Numbered from the stretch's first letter, positions 1 to 14,226 are shown. The stretch: 64,000 bases of DNA from Monocercomonoides exilis PA203 (GCA_001643675.2 LSRY02000018.1:1488001-1552000), one strand, 5' to 3'. A program made the numbers and translations. Notes: generated by a model not told the origin, from the sequence alone.

Positions 1-1799
1 CGTTGTCAGTGAGGGAGTGGAAAGGCGGATGCCCCGTCACCATCTCAAAGAGAATGCACCCCAAACTCCACCAGTCAGCTGTCTCATCATACCGCTCCTT
101 CTCAAACACCTCGATGGCCACGTAGTCTGCAGTGCCCACACAGGACTCGGCAAACAGATGGCGGTGGGAGGAGAAGGTGCTGGAGAAGGAGGAGAGGGTA
201 GCGGAGACTGAGGAGGAAGAGGAGGAGGAAGAGGAAGAAGAGGAGGAGGAAGAAGATGTTGAGGTTGAATAGAAATTGGATGGGAGAACAGGAACATGAG
301 CAGTCATTGAGGGAGAAAGAGATGTTGTTGGCACACCCGATGCAGTGAAATTGGCTGTTTCTGTGTTTCTTTCAGATGTCTGCTGAAATTGAGGCAGCAA
401 ATTCGGAAGTGTGCCTGTTGAACTGATGTTGTTGGCAACAGAGGAATATTCCATTGTTTCTGAACTGTTATTACTATTATGATTATTATTACAGTTGTTG
501 TTGTTATCTTCTTCCTCCTCACTTGCCCCGTCTGACTCGTCTGAAGATGAATCCAAATCCACCCCGTCGTCTTCACTGCTTGACGACGCTGATATTTCTG
601 GTTCTTCTCCTTCGTCTGCATTTTGCTTTGACTGGCCATTCTCTTCCACTGTATTTGCTGGCTGCTCTAATTTGTTGGCTGTTGAATTGCTTTCTGTGGA
701 ATTGTCATTCAATTTGTGTGCGATATCTGATTTTGTTGTTGCCAAAGATGATGATTGCTCCAATGAAATATCATTTTTATCTGTGTTTGATTGATTTACA
801 GACTCAACCTTCTTATCAACAGTATTAATATCGCTCTTATTGGTTTGTGTGTGTCTGCTGCTCTTGTGCTTCTTTCTCGTCCGATGCGATTTCGAGTGCA
901 TCGTTCTGCTTCCGGTCACAAACAGAGAGGGGTCTCCTTTGCTCAGCCCGAAATCAGCCAGCTTGAGGCGCCCTTTGGAGTCGATGAGAAAGTTCGCTGG
1001 CTTCAAATCACGGTGGATGTACCCGAGCTGGTGGAGCGCATGCACACAGCAGACCATTTCGGCGAAATAGAAACACGCTACGTCTTCGTTCAGTGGAGCA
1101 GTGTTGCGCAAAAGGCATCCAAAATCACCTCCTTGAACAAATTCCTGATTCATTATTAATCAAACAACATTTAAAAAAATAAACAATCAAAATAATTGTG
1201 CCAAAAATAAATTCATATAGAATAAAAAACCATTGCAAGATAAATATAATCCGAATCTTGAAATGCAAAGTAAAGTTTCACAAGCCAAGGATTTCGCGAT
1301 GCTCCAAGTATTGCCCTTTCTGTTCGTAATCTAAATGCTTTATCTTTTGTATCAACTGTCTTCTTTTCAATTTTTTTAATTGCAACCAATAATCCTGTTT
1401 CAATATGGCGACAAAGGAACACTTGCGAAAAGGCTCCAGCTCCTAAAAGTGCAATCCATTCAAAATCACTTGGTTGTGTCGATGAACGTCGAAGTCTTAA
1501 ATATGCGAGCTCTTTTGCTTTGCACTCTTCAAGAAACCTTTTTTTATCTTCGTCTCTAAGTTGTAGTCTTTCAATAAATTTTTCGTGCCGCAAACGTCTC
1601 AAAAAAAAGTGAAAAAAAGAAAATGATTGTAATAAGAAATGAGATAAATTTTTTCATGAATAATCGCAAACCTAAGCTTTTTGTTATACAAGAAAAGCAG
1701 AAGATCTCTGTAATAATCCACGATGCTTTCCTTGAAAAGTTCCACCTTCTCTATTGTCTCTTTTGATGCACATTTACTAACAAGGCAAGTATCAAGCAT
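1..1799 (-). CDS. NDR/LATS-like AGC Ser/Thr kinase, at least 3 exons, 3' end outside the window
   Basis: Spliced minus-strand reading (exons about 1799-1672, 1598-1232, 1146-<1) gives an NDR-like N-terminal region (KELAYLRLRR) followed by LGAGAFSQV, VAIKK, LYFAFQD..YLAMEFVQGGD, IHRDLKPANFL, KLADFGLSK, SCVGTADYVAIE and DWWSLGCILFEM. Introns are GT-AG. Confidence 0.9.
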
Positions 1800-1968
1800 G
1801 ACAAATTAAATTAGTTTTATTTTTTATAAAAGTATTTTAGGAAATCGTATTTAATTTTCGTTAAATGCTTATATGAACAAGAAAACGAAAAAAATTGATG
1901 AGTAAATAAATTATTAGGGTTGATCAAATTAATTCTTTCGGTTTCTCTTCTCTGAAAAAAATAACAAT

Positions 1969-3394
1969 TTATGAATGAATAATTTGATGTATTAAATTTG
2001 CAATTAGTGCAGGACGCTCTCTAAATAAAAAATACATATTTTTTATCAAAAAAAGTATAAAATAAAAATGGCATACAATGGCAAAAAATGTCCTGCGTCT
2101 GGAATAAGAATAAAAGGTACTCCGAGATGCTTTGCAATATGTTCACCGTGGGAATATGGAATTGACTGAGAAATAAAACAAAATTAAAAATCCTCAACGT
2201 TCAAATTTTTTTTAAAAAAGAAATATCACACTCTATCGTCGCTTCCATGAACAACTTGAACTTTGACTTTATCGTTGTGGTGCTCCTTTGGGAGTTTTTC
2301 CTTTCCAACTGGATCATTCTGACCGTCCCCCCATTTTTTCCTCCACTCGTGCATTCTTTCCACAGACACAAAATGTGTCATAACAGCACATATCTGTCCA
2401 CAAAGTGCTTTAAGAGAAGGTGAAATGTGGCAGTGCGTGACCGGAGATAAATATTTGTCTTGCGTCACGTATTCCATTCCTGTCATATCATATTGAGACT
2501 TCGACAGAAGAGGTGAAGACTCAGATGAAGATGACACTTTTTCAGTTTTGCTTTCTTTCTCTTCATTTTCGATAATCTGGATATCTTCTGGAGTTGGTGA
2601 AGAAACAACGCAGGGTTCATCTTCTATGTTCACTATTTTCACTTTTTCCCTCAAAAATTTTTCTCCAAAATTTAGCGGGGCTGTCATTTTGGCAGCTTTC
2701 ACTTTATCCTTTATAAACATTACAGCAGTCTGTCTCCAAATATTCGACAAAGGAGGATAAAATCTATCTGCCGCACCACACATAAGAGTAACTGTTTTAA
2801 GTTTTTCGGAGTGCCTCATTAAAAGTTCTAAAATGATCATTCCTGCCATTGAAAGTCCAGCCACATTCACTTTTTCCCATTTCAAATGATCAATTAGTGC
2901 AGCAGCATCATCCGCCATCATTGAAGTCCTTTAAATAATTGTGCACACCGTATATTATAAATTTACGTTTCATCTGAAAAAAGTGCATACGTGAAGCGTT
3001 TCTGTTGAGATGTGCTGTAAACAAATCCGCGATGGCAAAAAATACAAATCTGATATCGAGTGTCTCTAAGCAATAGAAGAATAATTCGTTTCCATGCATC
3101 AAAATTCATCGAAAGCCCAGACATTAGTAGTAATTTTTCTGGTCCATCTCCATACACTTTCAAAAATTAAAAATGTCGGAAACGTATGAAAATAAAGAAT
3201 TCCAAACATTCATAATATAAATTACATCCTCTTTCGTGTGATTGAAATATTCCGTTGTTTTTCAATGCATAACGTTGCAAAATAGAAATTTCTCCTTCTC
3301 TACCTTTTTTCAAAGAAAATCGTTCAAGAGGAAAGGAAAGTGCTGGTTCAACGGGATTGCACAATTGTTTGCTTTGAATGTTTTGCGTTTTCAT
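1969..3394 (-). CDS. Alpha/beta-fold hydrolase, about 5 exons
   Basis: Spliced exons give LYYELYGDGPEKLLLMSG, HRG, MADDAAALIDHL, the nucleophile elbow GLSMAG, VHGSDD and a C-terminal PDAGHFLP (Ser-Asp-His triad). The start codon is uncertain. Confidence 0.8.
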
Positions 3395-3894
3395 TGTGTT
3401 ACTGTTGATAATTCCTGTAGAAATATAATAATATCCATTTGATCCTTCAGTTATAATTTTTTCTGTTTATCTTCAAAAATTAATTGTGATTTGGGAATGT
3501 GTTTTTCAAATTTATTGATAATTACGTAAAGGGGGTACTTATAAGTCAACTCATATTACAAAATTGTTATCAATTGAATCATGATTTATAACCATTTTCA
3601 TTCCAATGATGAAAAAAAAGTCAAAATTTATTTTAACTCTTTCCGTGCTAACGCATCTGCTCCTTTTCCAACTACGTCAAATGTTGTGCACATATTTAGG
3701 AAATTAGCAGAACCTGTTGATTTCTTTTCATTTAATTCCTCAATTCTACTTCTGACTCCTCTTCTTTATCTGTCCAAACAATTGCATCCTCCATTGTTTC
3801 TTATCATTTATCAGTGTGTTCCATTTAATATGATGCAAAATAGGAAATTATTCAATAATTAATTTTAAACGCATATATGGCTGACCTTTTTAAA

Positions 3895-4264
3895 ATCATA
3901 CAGTTTGTGCAAAAAATACCGGAAAAGATCGATATCTCAATAACCGCAAGAAGAATAATTCTGATAATTTTCCTCAAAATATATCTCATTAATACAAACT
4001 CACTTGACATACAAGACTTTCAAAATTGCTTCATTTGTGCTCAGAAAAAATATACATCGAAATCTCGGAGAAACTTGAAATCCTATTTCTCCGAAATATT
4101 AAAAATAATTATCTCTGAGTACGAATGAGGAGATTTTCAAAGTCTGGTATGACACGTGAGTTTGTGTAGATGAGATGTATATTGAGGAAAATTATCAGAA
4201 TTTTTCTTCTTGCGGTTGTTGAGATATCGATCTTGTCCGGTATTTTTTGCACAAATTGTATGAT
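3895..4264. repeat. Palindromic MITE-like unit 1 (about 150-bp imperfect inverted arms)
   Basis: 3895-4045 (atcatacagtttgtgcaaaaaataccggaaaagatcgatatctca...) is the imperfect reverse complement of 4113-4264. This explains the similar peptides in ORFs 3877+ and 4109-. Confidence 0.85.
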
Positions 4265-4363
4265 ACGTTTTTTAATTTCATTTTCTTTTCTTTTCTTTTC
4301 TTTTTTGATAAAAAAAAACCCTTTTGAATAATTCTCATGTGAAAATGAAAATTCAAGCATAAA

Positions 4364-4730
4364 GTGTGCAAAAAATACCTGACGTAAAAAACAATTCCGG
4401 ACAAGATCGATTTCTCAATAACTGCAAAGGTCATAATTCTGATAATTTTCATCATAAAATATCTTTACAATACTAACTCTTTTGATATATCGGATTCTCA
4501 TTTTTGTATCGACTGAATTTTGAAAAAACAATTGTTGAAATCTCAGAGAAACCACAAATACTATTTTTCCAAAATATCAATAAATATTATTCGATTAATC
4601 AGCCGACAAAAAATGAAAATTTGATATGCCAAAAAAGATAGTGTGAACAAGATGCTTTTGGAAATAAATTTCAAAAATTATTCATCGTATAGCTTTTGAG
4701 AAATCGATCTTGTTGGTATTTTTTTGCACT
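4364..4730. repeat. Palindromic MITE-like unit 2, a more diverged relative of unit 1
   Basis: The left end reads gtgcaaaaaatacc...ccggacaagatcgatttctca and the right end reads gagaaatcgatcttgttggtatttttttgcac, the same arm sequence as unit 1. Confidence 0.7.
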
Positions 4731-5395
4731 ATTAATAGTTAGTGTGATTTATGGTGAATTTATTCAATAATTGTGGGCATAGGCATGATTTCAACCTCCG
4801 TTGATTGCAGTATTTCAACAGAAAACCAAATCACTCTCTTTTCTTATGCAAACTTATGTGATACACTAAAATGAAACAATTTGCTTTGCGGAACAACGAA
4901 AAAATAAGTAATTGATTTATTTTCAAAAGTTAGCAATGAAATAAATTAATCTTTGATGTTTGTTTTCATTGAGAGTATAATTAAGAAACTTGTTGAAAAA
5001 TTACTATCAACTATCGTTGAGATAATGCAACTGAAAACAGAAATTGAAAATTTCCACCATAATTTTCACAACGTTCTTTTTTCAAAAAGTATTTTTTTTA
5101 AAAATATGCAGTTGTTATTGTGACTGAAAAGTAAGAAAAGTCTATAACAAAATTTGGATTTTGTTTCAAAAACTCATAAAACTCGTCCGAAGTGAACTAT
5201 TTTTAAATAACAACATTTCGAAAAGAATAAATATTCATGATTATTATTGTAATCATATTTTCTCTGTAAAAATTTTTTTATATTTTTGTAAAGAATATAT
5301 GTTTATAAAGCCAAAAAAAGTGATGTGGAATAAAAAAAACACTTCTGCTTTTCTTTCGTATGTTAATTTGGCTTATGAAATAGTTATCACACATA

Positions 5396-7404
5396 GGGTT
5401 ATTATTTAACCCTCACCTTTTTTTGACTCTGACCAATTTTTTTATCAGAAAAGTTTCATGTTTCACTTTTTGAAATAATAACTTAATTATTTGTATAAAA
5501 GGAATCTATATTGAATTTTTAAAATGTATTTTGAAATGAAGCCTATTTCTCATGGGGGGAGATTGGGGGGGGGGGGGTTAAAACCTTCCATCAAGCTTCC
5601 ACGAGAAATAGGTTGGTTTCAAATGGTGAAAAGCCACTTTGCTCATTCAAAACATTTTTTATTTTTTTAATTTTTTTTGTAATTCTATTTTTTATCAAAA
5701 AAATGATAATTAGATCAAAACACTAAAAAGAAAAATGAAAATTCATGTTGAATTAAAAAAAAAGAAAAGAAGGGATCAGAAAATATAAGCATTCCATTCA
5801 ATCCTTTCTTTGAAGAAAATATAAGAACAAACTGGAACGAATGGCATACGTCGTATATGATGGCTTCGTCAGGATCACAGACGCTATCAATTCTGAGCAA
5901 TTCATCCGCAACAGCATAAAAAACGCAGTTCGGGAGTTGCGAGTGAAAAGGGAAGTTGGAAAACCAGGGAGACTGCAGGTAATTAGCAAAGAGAAGGAAG
6001 AAACAGTTCTTGATGTGATCAAAATTGATTCTATTTGTGTAAGCGTTTAACAGTGAAGAAAACAAGAGAATTGGTTTGTGCAAGTTCTATTATTGTTACA
6101 ATTATATTTTTTCTTTAGATGGAAAATGTTTTGAACGATTCAAAAGACGAAAACCAGCCATATATAAAGGTTTCGAATGCTACGGCGTTCGGGTTTTTGA
6201 AGTGGCACCCCGAGTTGAGGAAGAGCAAACCAAAAAGTTTTTAAACATTTATCGGCTGGCTGTGTTATGTGAAAGTGTAATGAAGCCCTGTTATCAAATA
6301 ATTACAAAATTACACGAAAAAATCACAACACACCTTTATTAATATTTATTGTTGACGAATCTTTTTAGCGTGTACCATCTACTGCCAATATTGAAGTTAT
6401 CCATCCATCTGGACAAAGTGCTGTATATTGCAAAGAAGCACAAAGAACGAACAATGCGACACTTGTTGCTGCCGTGGTTGTAGATGGTTATTCATTGCCT
6501 TGCATCATTCTCTGGCCAAGTGTTAAACAACCGGACGAACTGAAGCCTCTTCTCTCTCCAACTCTGGACATCTGGCCTAACAAAAGTGGCTGGATGGACA
6601 AGCAAAATTTCAAGAAATATGCAGAAACAGTTCTTCTCCCTTCCACCGTTGAAAATAGAAAGCGCATGTTACTGGAAACAGAGAAATGCCTTCTTTTCAT
6701 CGACTCTCATCCTTCACACGGTGATCCTTCAATTTGAAAAGCCTCCTCAGAAAATAACATTGACTTCGCAACATTCATCCCCCACAGCACTCATTTGTCT
6801 CAGCCATTCGATAGAGGAGTATTTGCAACTCTCAAAACTTCTCTTTCTTCATCATTTGATGTAACATCATCTCCATCATCGTCTGCTTCAAGAAAAGCAC
6901 TTGTCGACATGCTTCCTCAAGCAATTCACTCCGCTTTCACTCCTTCTGTAATTAAAAAAGCTTTTTAACAAAGCGGAGTCCTTTGTAACACGTTCGGTCC
7001 AGTTCTTCGCAGATGACAGGAATCATCAAAATACCTACTTCCTTCCCATCGTAACCGTTTTGAATATTTTGGAAAGTTAATTACAAAAAAAGAACTTTTA
7101 GACGATTGGGAAAGATTTTTAGGGAGAAATGAAGAAACAGAGAATGAAAAAGACATGAAACATGTGATAGAAAACGAAAAAGATGAAATTGTTGAATTCA
7201 TACATAAAATCAAAAGAAAACGCTCTGACATTATTTTTGATGAACCAAACGAAGAGGAAAACGAAGAGATGCAAAGAAAACCAGGAAAAAGAAAGACAAT
7301 TCGAAGAATTGATTTTTCTTTTGTATTTTTTTTATTTTTCCAAATTTTTCACTTCAAAAATTTAAATCAGAATAAAAAAATGTGTTGGGGTTAAATGATA
7401 ACCC
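5396..7404 (+). mobile_element. pogo/Tc1-mariner superfamily DNA transposon, degenerate copy 1
   Basis: TIRs are gggttattatttaaccc (from 5396) and gggttaaatgataaccc (to 7404), with TA on the left flank. The element encloses a decayed transposase homologous to the one at 28874-30469. Confidence 0.8.
5841..7310 (+). pseudogene. DDE_1 (pogo-like) transposase pseudogene with an intron at 6074-6118
   Basis: Fragments VVYDGFVRITDAIN, VDES, GWMDK, LLFIDSHPSH and IPHSTHLSQPFDRGVF are separated by several stops and frameshifts. The 5' boundary is approximate. Confidence 0.85.
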
Positions 7405-7898
7405 TCCAACACTTGGATGAAAATTATTTGGCTAATGACGAAAAGCCTTTGAATATTCAACACCTCGAAAAAAAAGTGATGATTTCAAAAAATAGACACC
7501 TGTACATTTAAAAAATTATTTATGATATCAACATTTTTCCTGCCAATCTTCTGAAAATGAAAAACTGTCCAAAAATGAAAATTTAAGAAAAGTGGCCATA
7601 TTGCAAAAATACATAAATAATAATAAGTAAATACAGATAAGAAAAAAACATACACAAATTACATATTCAAAAACCACAAAACATGAACAAGAAAATTTAT
7701 AACCCATCAATAATAATAGCAGCTGCTTCAAGAACTTGCCAACAAAAACACAGCAACAAATAACAACAATCTTATAAACAGCAATTGCAACTGCAACTGC
7801 AACTGCAATGCTAATTACATAATAGAAACACTGAAAAAAAGAAAAAGAAAAAGAAAAATATGTGCTGTTTGCCCGAGATTCATATGGCTGCATGCTGC

Positions 7899-10616
7899 TC
7901 AGACAAGCCACGAAAACGAACCCGTTTGCAAAATCTTTTCCCAAAGAACATGTATTTCGTGATTGACAGCAGGTTCCTTATAATTATTTTCATTTGCTCT
8001 ATTCGCTGGCTTTTCCTCTTCTTCCTTCTTCTTTGCTTCCTCCTCTGCTCTTTTCTTTTCTGCTTCCTCTGCCTCTACTTCTTTTTGATCTTCCTTATCG
8101 CAATACTTGTTGATCTCATCAATCTCCGCACTCAGTTCTTCAACACTCAGCCCCCTTTGAATCACATTTATCAGCCTCTGATCTTTCTCTTTTTCTCGTA
8201 CCTCCTTCGCTTTCAATTTTGCCTCCTCCTTCTCCTTCTTCGCTAACTCTGCACACTCTGACTCCTCTTTTTCAAGCTTTTTCTTTCTCCGTTCATCTGC
8301 CCGTATTTTCTGAATTTTTTTGCACCTCTTGCAAGGTGCTAATGTCTGCCACACAAACAGTCCTTTTTTCAAATCCACTCTTCGCTTTATCCATTTCACA
8401 TCCCACTTCACCAGATACAGCCCCACGCAAAATGCCACATACTCAACAAACAGCCACACCAGCATCTGCACCAGCGATAGAGCCATGTTTCTTTCCATTT
8501 TGTGTGCTCGCTCAATCAGCTCGTCATTCACAACCACTGCTGACATGAACCGCTCTGCTCCTTCACACGCCTCTCCGCTCGAAGTTGGCGGGTCAAACTT
8601 CCCAATTCCATCCAAGCACAGTGTCGGAATAAGCACAATGGCAATCCCAATCGCTGATCCAAACACAATCCCACAGTAACGCACACTGTTGCTGCACATC
8701 GTCTCGAAAGTGGAAGCACCAGGTGGCTCCATGTTGAATATAAAAATATGCAGGGTGATGATTGTCAAGAACAACGGAATGAAAGTAATTGTCCACGAGC
8801 TTGTGAAATTGTCTGTTTGGTTGCCAATACACCACAATCATTCCAATCGCACACGTTCACATTCACAGAAAGAACAAAATAAATAAAGAAAATAAATGAA
8901 TAAATTTAATAGAATTATAATTTTTGGCACAGCAGATACAATAAATAAATAAATAAATAAACATGCAATGTCTTGTTTCTCATTCAATTCGCATACACAC
9001 TCACTCACCCGCTCTCCTTTAACATTTTGCATTCAACATATCTTCAAAGAAAAAAACACCCATGTCAAAGCAATCCCCAACACAGAATGGAAATATTGGA
9101 TAAAAGTGATGCAGAAATTATCTGAACAACTCAACCAGCTATCGCTTATTAAATCAATGGCGAACATTTCACCAAAGAAGACAAAAAAATTTATCAAAAG
9201 AGCTAACAAAATGGTATCTGAGCTTGTTATCAATCGCCCATCCTCGGTGAATTTTTGTGTGTCATCTTCTGTGGCTGCTGCTTCTCTGAAAAGGTTATCA
9301 TAACCAACGCCACTTTCTTTGACATTTCTTTGAGGATACGGCTTCGTCACTTGACCATCAACCAAGCGATTGCGGATGTTGAAAGCGTGCTCATCCCCAT
9401 TTACAAATTTGTTAAGACTCGTGTACAAATAATAAGGTCCCACAAGTAAGCAACCTATACACGCAGCGCTTATTAAAATTGCAAACAACATATCATCTCG
9501 TTTCTTTAAAAATAAGAAAAAGAAAAAGAAAAACAATGTCAGCATCACCAATGCAATAGTGAACTGGCTCTTCGACCTTGACAGGCAGAACGAAAAGATC
9601 GACCTACTTGCCCTGTTCGACACAAGAATCGACACATGCTCATCATCAGCCAGCTTGTCGAAAACTGGCCCTCGGATAAGATTCGTTGCGTAGAAGATGG
9701 CAAAGAAAAAGAAGAAAAGAAACAGCATAAGAGATATCGACGCCAATGAAAATAGAATAAGACGCGTCCAAGGATACTTGATCAGGGTCTTTAGATTGTA
9801 CATATCCCTCCAGAAACTCTGCCTTTTCCCAAACAGCACTTCTGGAAAAGTCCCATACAACCGAATGGTGTCCTTCCATCCTTTCGGGCTCAGTCCAGAC
9901 CGAGTCTTGTCTGCAACATCCTGAATGCAATTTAAAGCAAAATACAAATCAACAAATAAACAAAAACGAAAAGAAGCCCATCAAAAAGAAAGTCACTCGC
10001 TGTACCTACTTCAGCATAGCTCAAAACACACGCATCTGCATTGTCTGGATCGTACATGTTCAGATCCTGGAATTCATCATGGCTCATGAAGATGTTGTCT
10101 CTCAGCCTTAGCAGTTCTTCAACCACAATCTCATACCAGAACCTGCATCAAGCCAAATCACGTAAATTTTGATCATTAAAAAATAAAAAAAATTTTCTAA
10201 CACTTCTGTATTCAGCATCTCTCGGAAAAACTTCGATGTCCCCATCAGTTTCATTTTTGTTCTTGTGCCGCATTTCTTCAAAATCCTACCAAATTTTCAA
10301 AACCTTAAAATCCAACTGGAAAAACTCACACTGCTTCCATATGTCCATTGGCACCTCTACTTCGCGGTGCTCAGTGAAAACCGTTCAATAACAGAAAAAT
10401 AACAAAAAACAAAAAATGCACACTGTTAACATCCACTTGATCGCAATTCTCATCCGACGTGCTGCTGGACGTCGGGTCTTCAATGTCTGTAACCATGGGA
10501 ACAAACTCTCGGAACGCTCTCTCATTTCCTGTGTGGATGAGAACTTCTGAAGATTTCATCGATCTGGTGAATAAATTGTTTTGCCAACTGATTCCCTGTT
10601 GCTCAACCAACCACAT
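7899..10616 (-). CDS. Multi-exon, multi-pass membrane protein of unknown function with a charged C-terminal coiled-coil tail
   Basis: Consecutive minus-strand ORFs (10371-10616, 9932-10126, 9033-9947, 7899-8837) are separated by AT-rich intron-like gaps. There are many hydrophobic segments and an E/K-rich tail. The start is uncertain. Confidence 0.6.
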
Positions 10617-13600
10617 TCACTCATTTTGTTCACTGGTATTTTTGCACAATCTGGTGATATTATTGGAGTGTTGGCATATGGGTATTATACCGGAACATTC
10701 AAAAATCGACATAGTCAATTTATTTCATTATGTAATTATCATATTTGCTATTTAAAGCTATTTATTTTGTGCGGATACATTTTTAAAGAATATTTTGAAA
10801 ATATTTTTGATCAAAAAAATATTTATTTTTGAGAAATATTCTAAATTTTTCTTGACTGAAACATATCTTATCTCAAAAGAAAGGTAATATTATGATGACT
10901 CTTGTATTTAATGAAGAAGAAATGGCTTGGAATTTGTTATTAACTTCACTGAGAGATGAAATAGGAAAATAAAATGCATGCGAAATAAATTTTGTTATGA
11001 AACCGGAAAATATTTAATTGGGTTCAACAAAAATATTATATTAGATAAATAGATATCATAGGTTATAGGATATTGTAAAAAATCTTCTATTTTAGGGTTT
11101 CGGTTAAACGTATTAGTTTATTGCTGGAAAAAATTTTTTAGGGGAAGGGTTGACAAAAAAAAAGTTATTTTGATGTGCAGAAACTCAATTGAAATCAAGA
11201 TGATAACGCTGAAAAAAAGATTCAGTTCTCTTTTTTCTTGCAATCTTCTTTTGGGCGATGATAATTACAAAAAAAAAATGTCAACTTTTTAATAAATTTG
11301 GAAATGTAATATTTCTCTTCCCAAAAATGAAACATTTTTGATAATTTTATTTTGAAAAATTTTATTTCAATTTAGAATAATTTCCGCGCTTTAATATTTT
11401 GTTCAAATATATTTTAAACAATGATAATCACTTTTATCATAAAATAAAGCAAATTTTGATGTACCGGTAAAGTACCCATTTGCCGGAGTGTTTTTGTGAA
11501 TTTTCGAAGTCAATAGAAAAAATATATTAAAGATGATTTCTTCAAAAAATAATGACAAAAAATCAACAGATTCGATGGCAGCGCAGCAGTCACAGGTGAG
11601 GATGGGCAGAGGAAGGGGAAAGGGCGGTATGCAGGCGTGTGGCGCAGACACGCACGTCAAAAATGTTGCTGATTAAGTTTAGGAGCTCGGGCAAGAAGGA
11701 CGGGGGCAGAAGACAGCATGCAGTGTTAACAAAATGGCTTACAGTTTTGGTGCATAATGCATTTGGGTTTCGTTTTTTGTGCAGCGCCCATCCACCTGCG
11801 AGGCGAAAAAGGCTTATTCGAAAGAAACGGGAGCAATCTTCGGAGAAAAGAAAAAGGTTTGAGTGCACGTTGCTGCCTGTGCACTGCACGGCATGTTTGT
11901 GATTGATAAGTTTTATTATAATTATAATTATAATTATAATTATTTATTTTATTTTTTCTTTATTTTATTTTTTGCAAAACAATTCTTTTTTTGGCAAATA
12001 GAGGCGGCGAAGAGGAAGTGGATGAAAAGGAAGGAGATGAAGAAGAATTCGAGAGCGAAACAGACTGGTACGGACCTCGGAGTACGAGCTGGCTGTAGAA
12101 AAAGGGGATTGCATTGTGGTGTGCCTAATGAAAGCGCTGAGTTGGAATGAAGCCAGGAGGTCAAATGAGCCAACGCGAAAAGGAAGAGGAATGAATGAGA
12201 ACTGCCAGATGTCAGAAGTAAGTGTGCCTCCGAAATGAGCAGCATCAACATCAAGGATCGGATAGCTAAAAGTAAGGAAGAAAATGATTTGGAGAGAGGA
12301 AAAGAGAGCGAAGAGGCAAAGGCGCAACAGCAGCAGGCAAGAAAACGGAGAGGAAGAAAATGGCCGGAAGTCTACCGTCTCATCTCCTTCAAGTGATGAT
12401 TGAATCTTCGAAGGATGACCTTTACGGAAGGCATGAATAGATAGGGTTCTGTGGAGGATGAGAAAGAAGAAAAGACACAGTAAAAAATGATACTGAGGTG
12501 TGTGGATAGGATATTGTGGAGAATTTTTTAGTTGCATGCAAAAACAAAAGAGAAGAAGAGCCTTTGCTTCGTTTTTGATTTCTCTCAAAGAGTAGTTAAA
12601 TGTCAAGAAACAATAACAGGAGGATTAGGAGGAATTGGAGAACAAACTGAAAGAACATAATAAGCGGAAACAGCTGAGAGCAGCGGGATGGATGCGAAGC
12701 AAGAGGTGAGAAATCTAAAGGTGAACCTGTAGGAAAATAATAAAACAATTCTTCGACTGAGGAAAAAGAAGGAGGAAGCAGAGGAGAAGAGCAGTGAAGG
12801 GGAATTGGAAAATAGAAGATCAGGATTTTGGAACTGGAATAGATGGAGAAGACGAATGAAGAGGAAGAGAAGAAATGCAAGAAAAGCAAGGGTCGAGAGG
12901 AAAAGTGGACAGCTTGAATCTGTGCAGATTTGGCAAATGGAGGAGAGGATGGCGGCATCTGAATGGTGTTGGGCAGTGAGGAGTGGACAACCAGTAAGAG
13001 GGATGATGTTGAGATGGCTAACACAGAGGATGCGTTGCTGAGCGTGAGGTTTGCCTGGCGCAACACATGCGATTGCGAGTTTTTTTTAATCTTTTCCACA
13101 AATGAATTAAAAAATTGTTATATTTGTGATTTTTATCTGCAATACAAAACAAACCTTTCTGCATCTCCCGTTCAATTCACTTTGAAATTGTATTTCTGCA
13201 ACGCATCCTCCGATGCAGATCACTGCGAGCATGCCAACGAAACAATATTGAATGCAGATTTAATGCAAGTGGAACGCTCGCTCCAAATGTGGGTTTCATT
13301 AAAAATTTGAAAAATTGAAGATTTCAGTTCCGCAATAATGTTTATGATTGAATTATTTTTTCAAATTAAGATTTTCACAATATTTTTAAAACGAAAGATC
13401 GAGAGAAAAACATTAAGAATCATTTAATTTTGATGCAAATCATTATTAAATTGACTTTTGCATTATTAACGAATATTTCGAAGAATATTTAAAAAAAATT
13501 CATAATTCACCCAATGCAATTAATTGAGAGTCTTTGAAAAAATAATAAAAACAAAAATCTCCAAAAAATAACATAAATACTTTTGTTTACCAATAATTAT

Positions 13601-14226
13601 CGAGAAATTTGGAAAAAAATATTGTAATTTTGAAATATTTGTTATTTTCACATTCAACTTTCAATTAACTTATTTCTTTGATATTTTCATGCTTCAGGTA
13701 ATTTGACATTTATCTAATTAATTCCACGAAAACTCTGATGAGAATATTTGATTTCACTAGAAAATTTTTTTTCACTTCCATACTTTTTTAAAAAAATTCC
13801 AGAAATGCAACTTCAAATGAAAATTTTCTATTACAAAAACAGAGATAAATATTGTGAAATGCAATAAACAATCAACAAAATGACATACACAACCAAAAAC
13901 AATAAAAAAACATAAAAATTTGCATAATTCATGAAACTCAGTAAAAATTAAGATAAATTGAAATGAAATTAAATTTTGAAAATGTATACAACAACAAAAA
14001 AAGAGTCTATTGCCTTTTCCAAAAATGCATTTGCAAATGAAAATGAAAATGAAAAAGCAAAACCATCAACTTCATACATTTCGAAACAAAAAATACAACG
14101 AATGAATATTCAAATCAAGGATCAGCCCTTTGAATAAAATAATACACATCCAAAAAGCTTAATTCCGAGAAAATTACAAGAAACAAGGAAGAACAAAAGC
14201 TATGAAATTACAAAAAACATCCACAG

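Noticed and set aside
11580-13310. Purine-rich, GC-richer stretch with many short ORFs
   Set aside because: It looks like decayed plus-strand coding sequence, but stops are frequent and I could not recognise any family.
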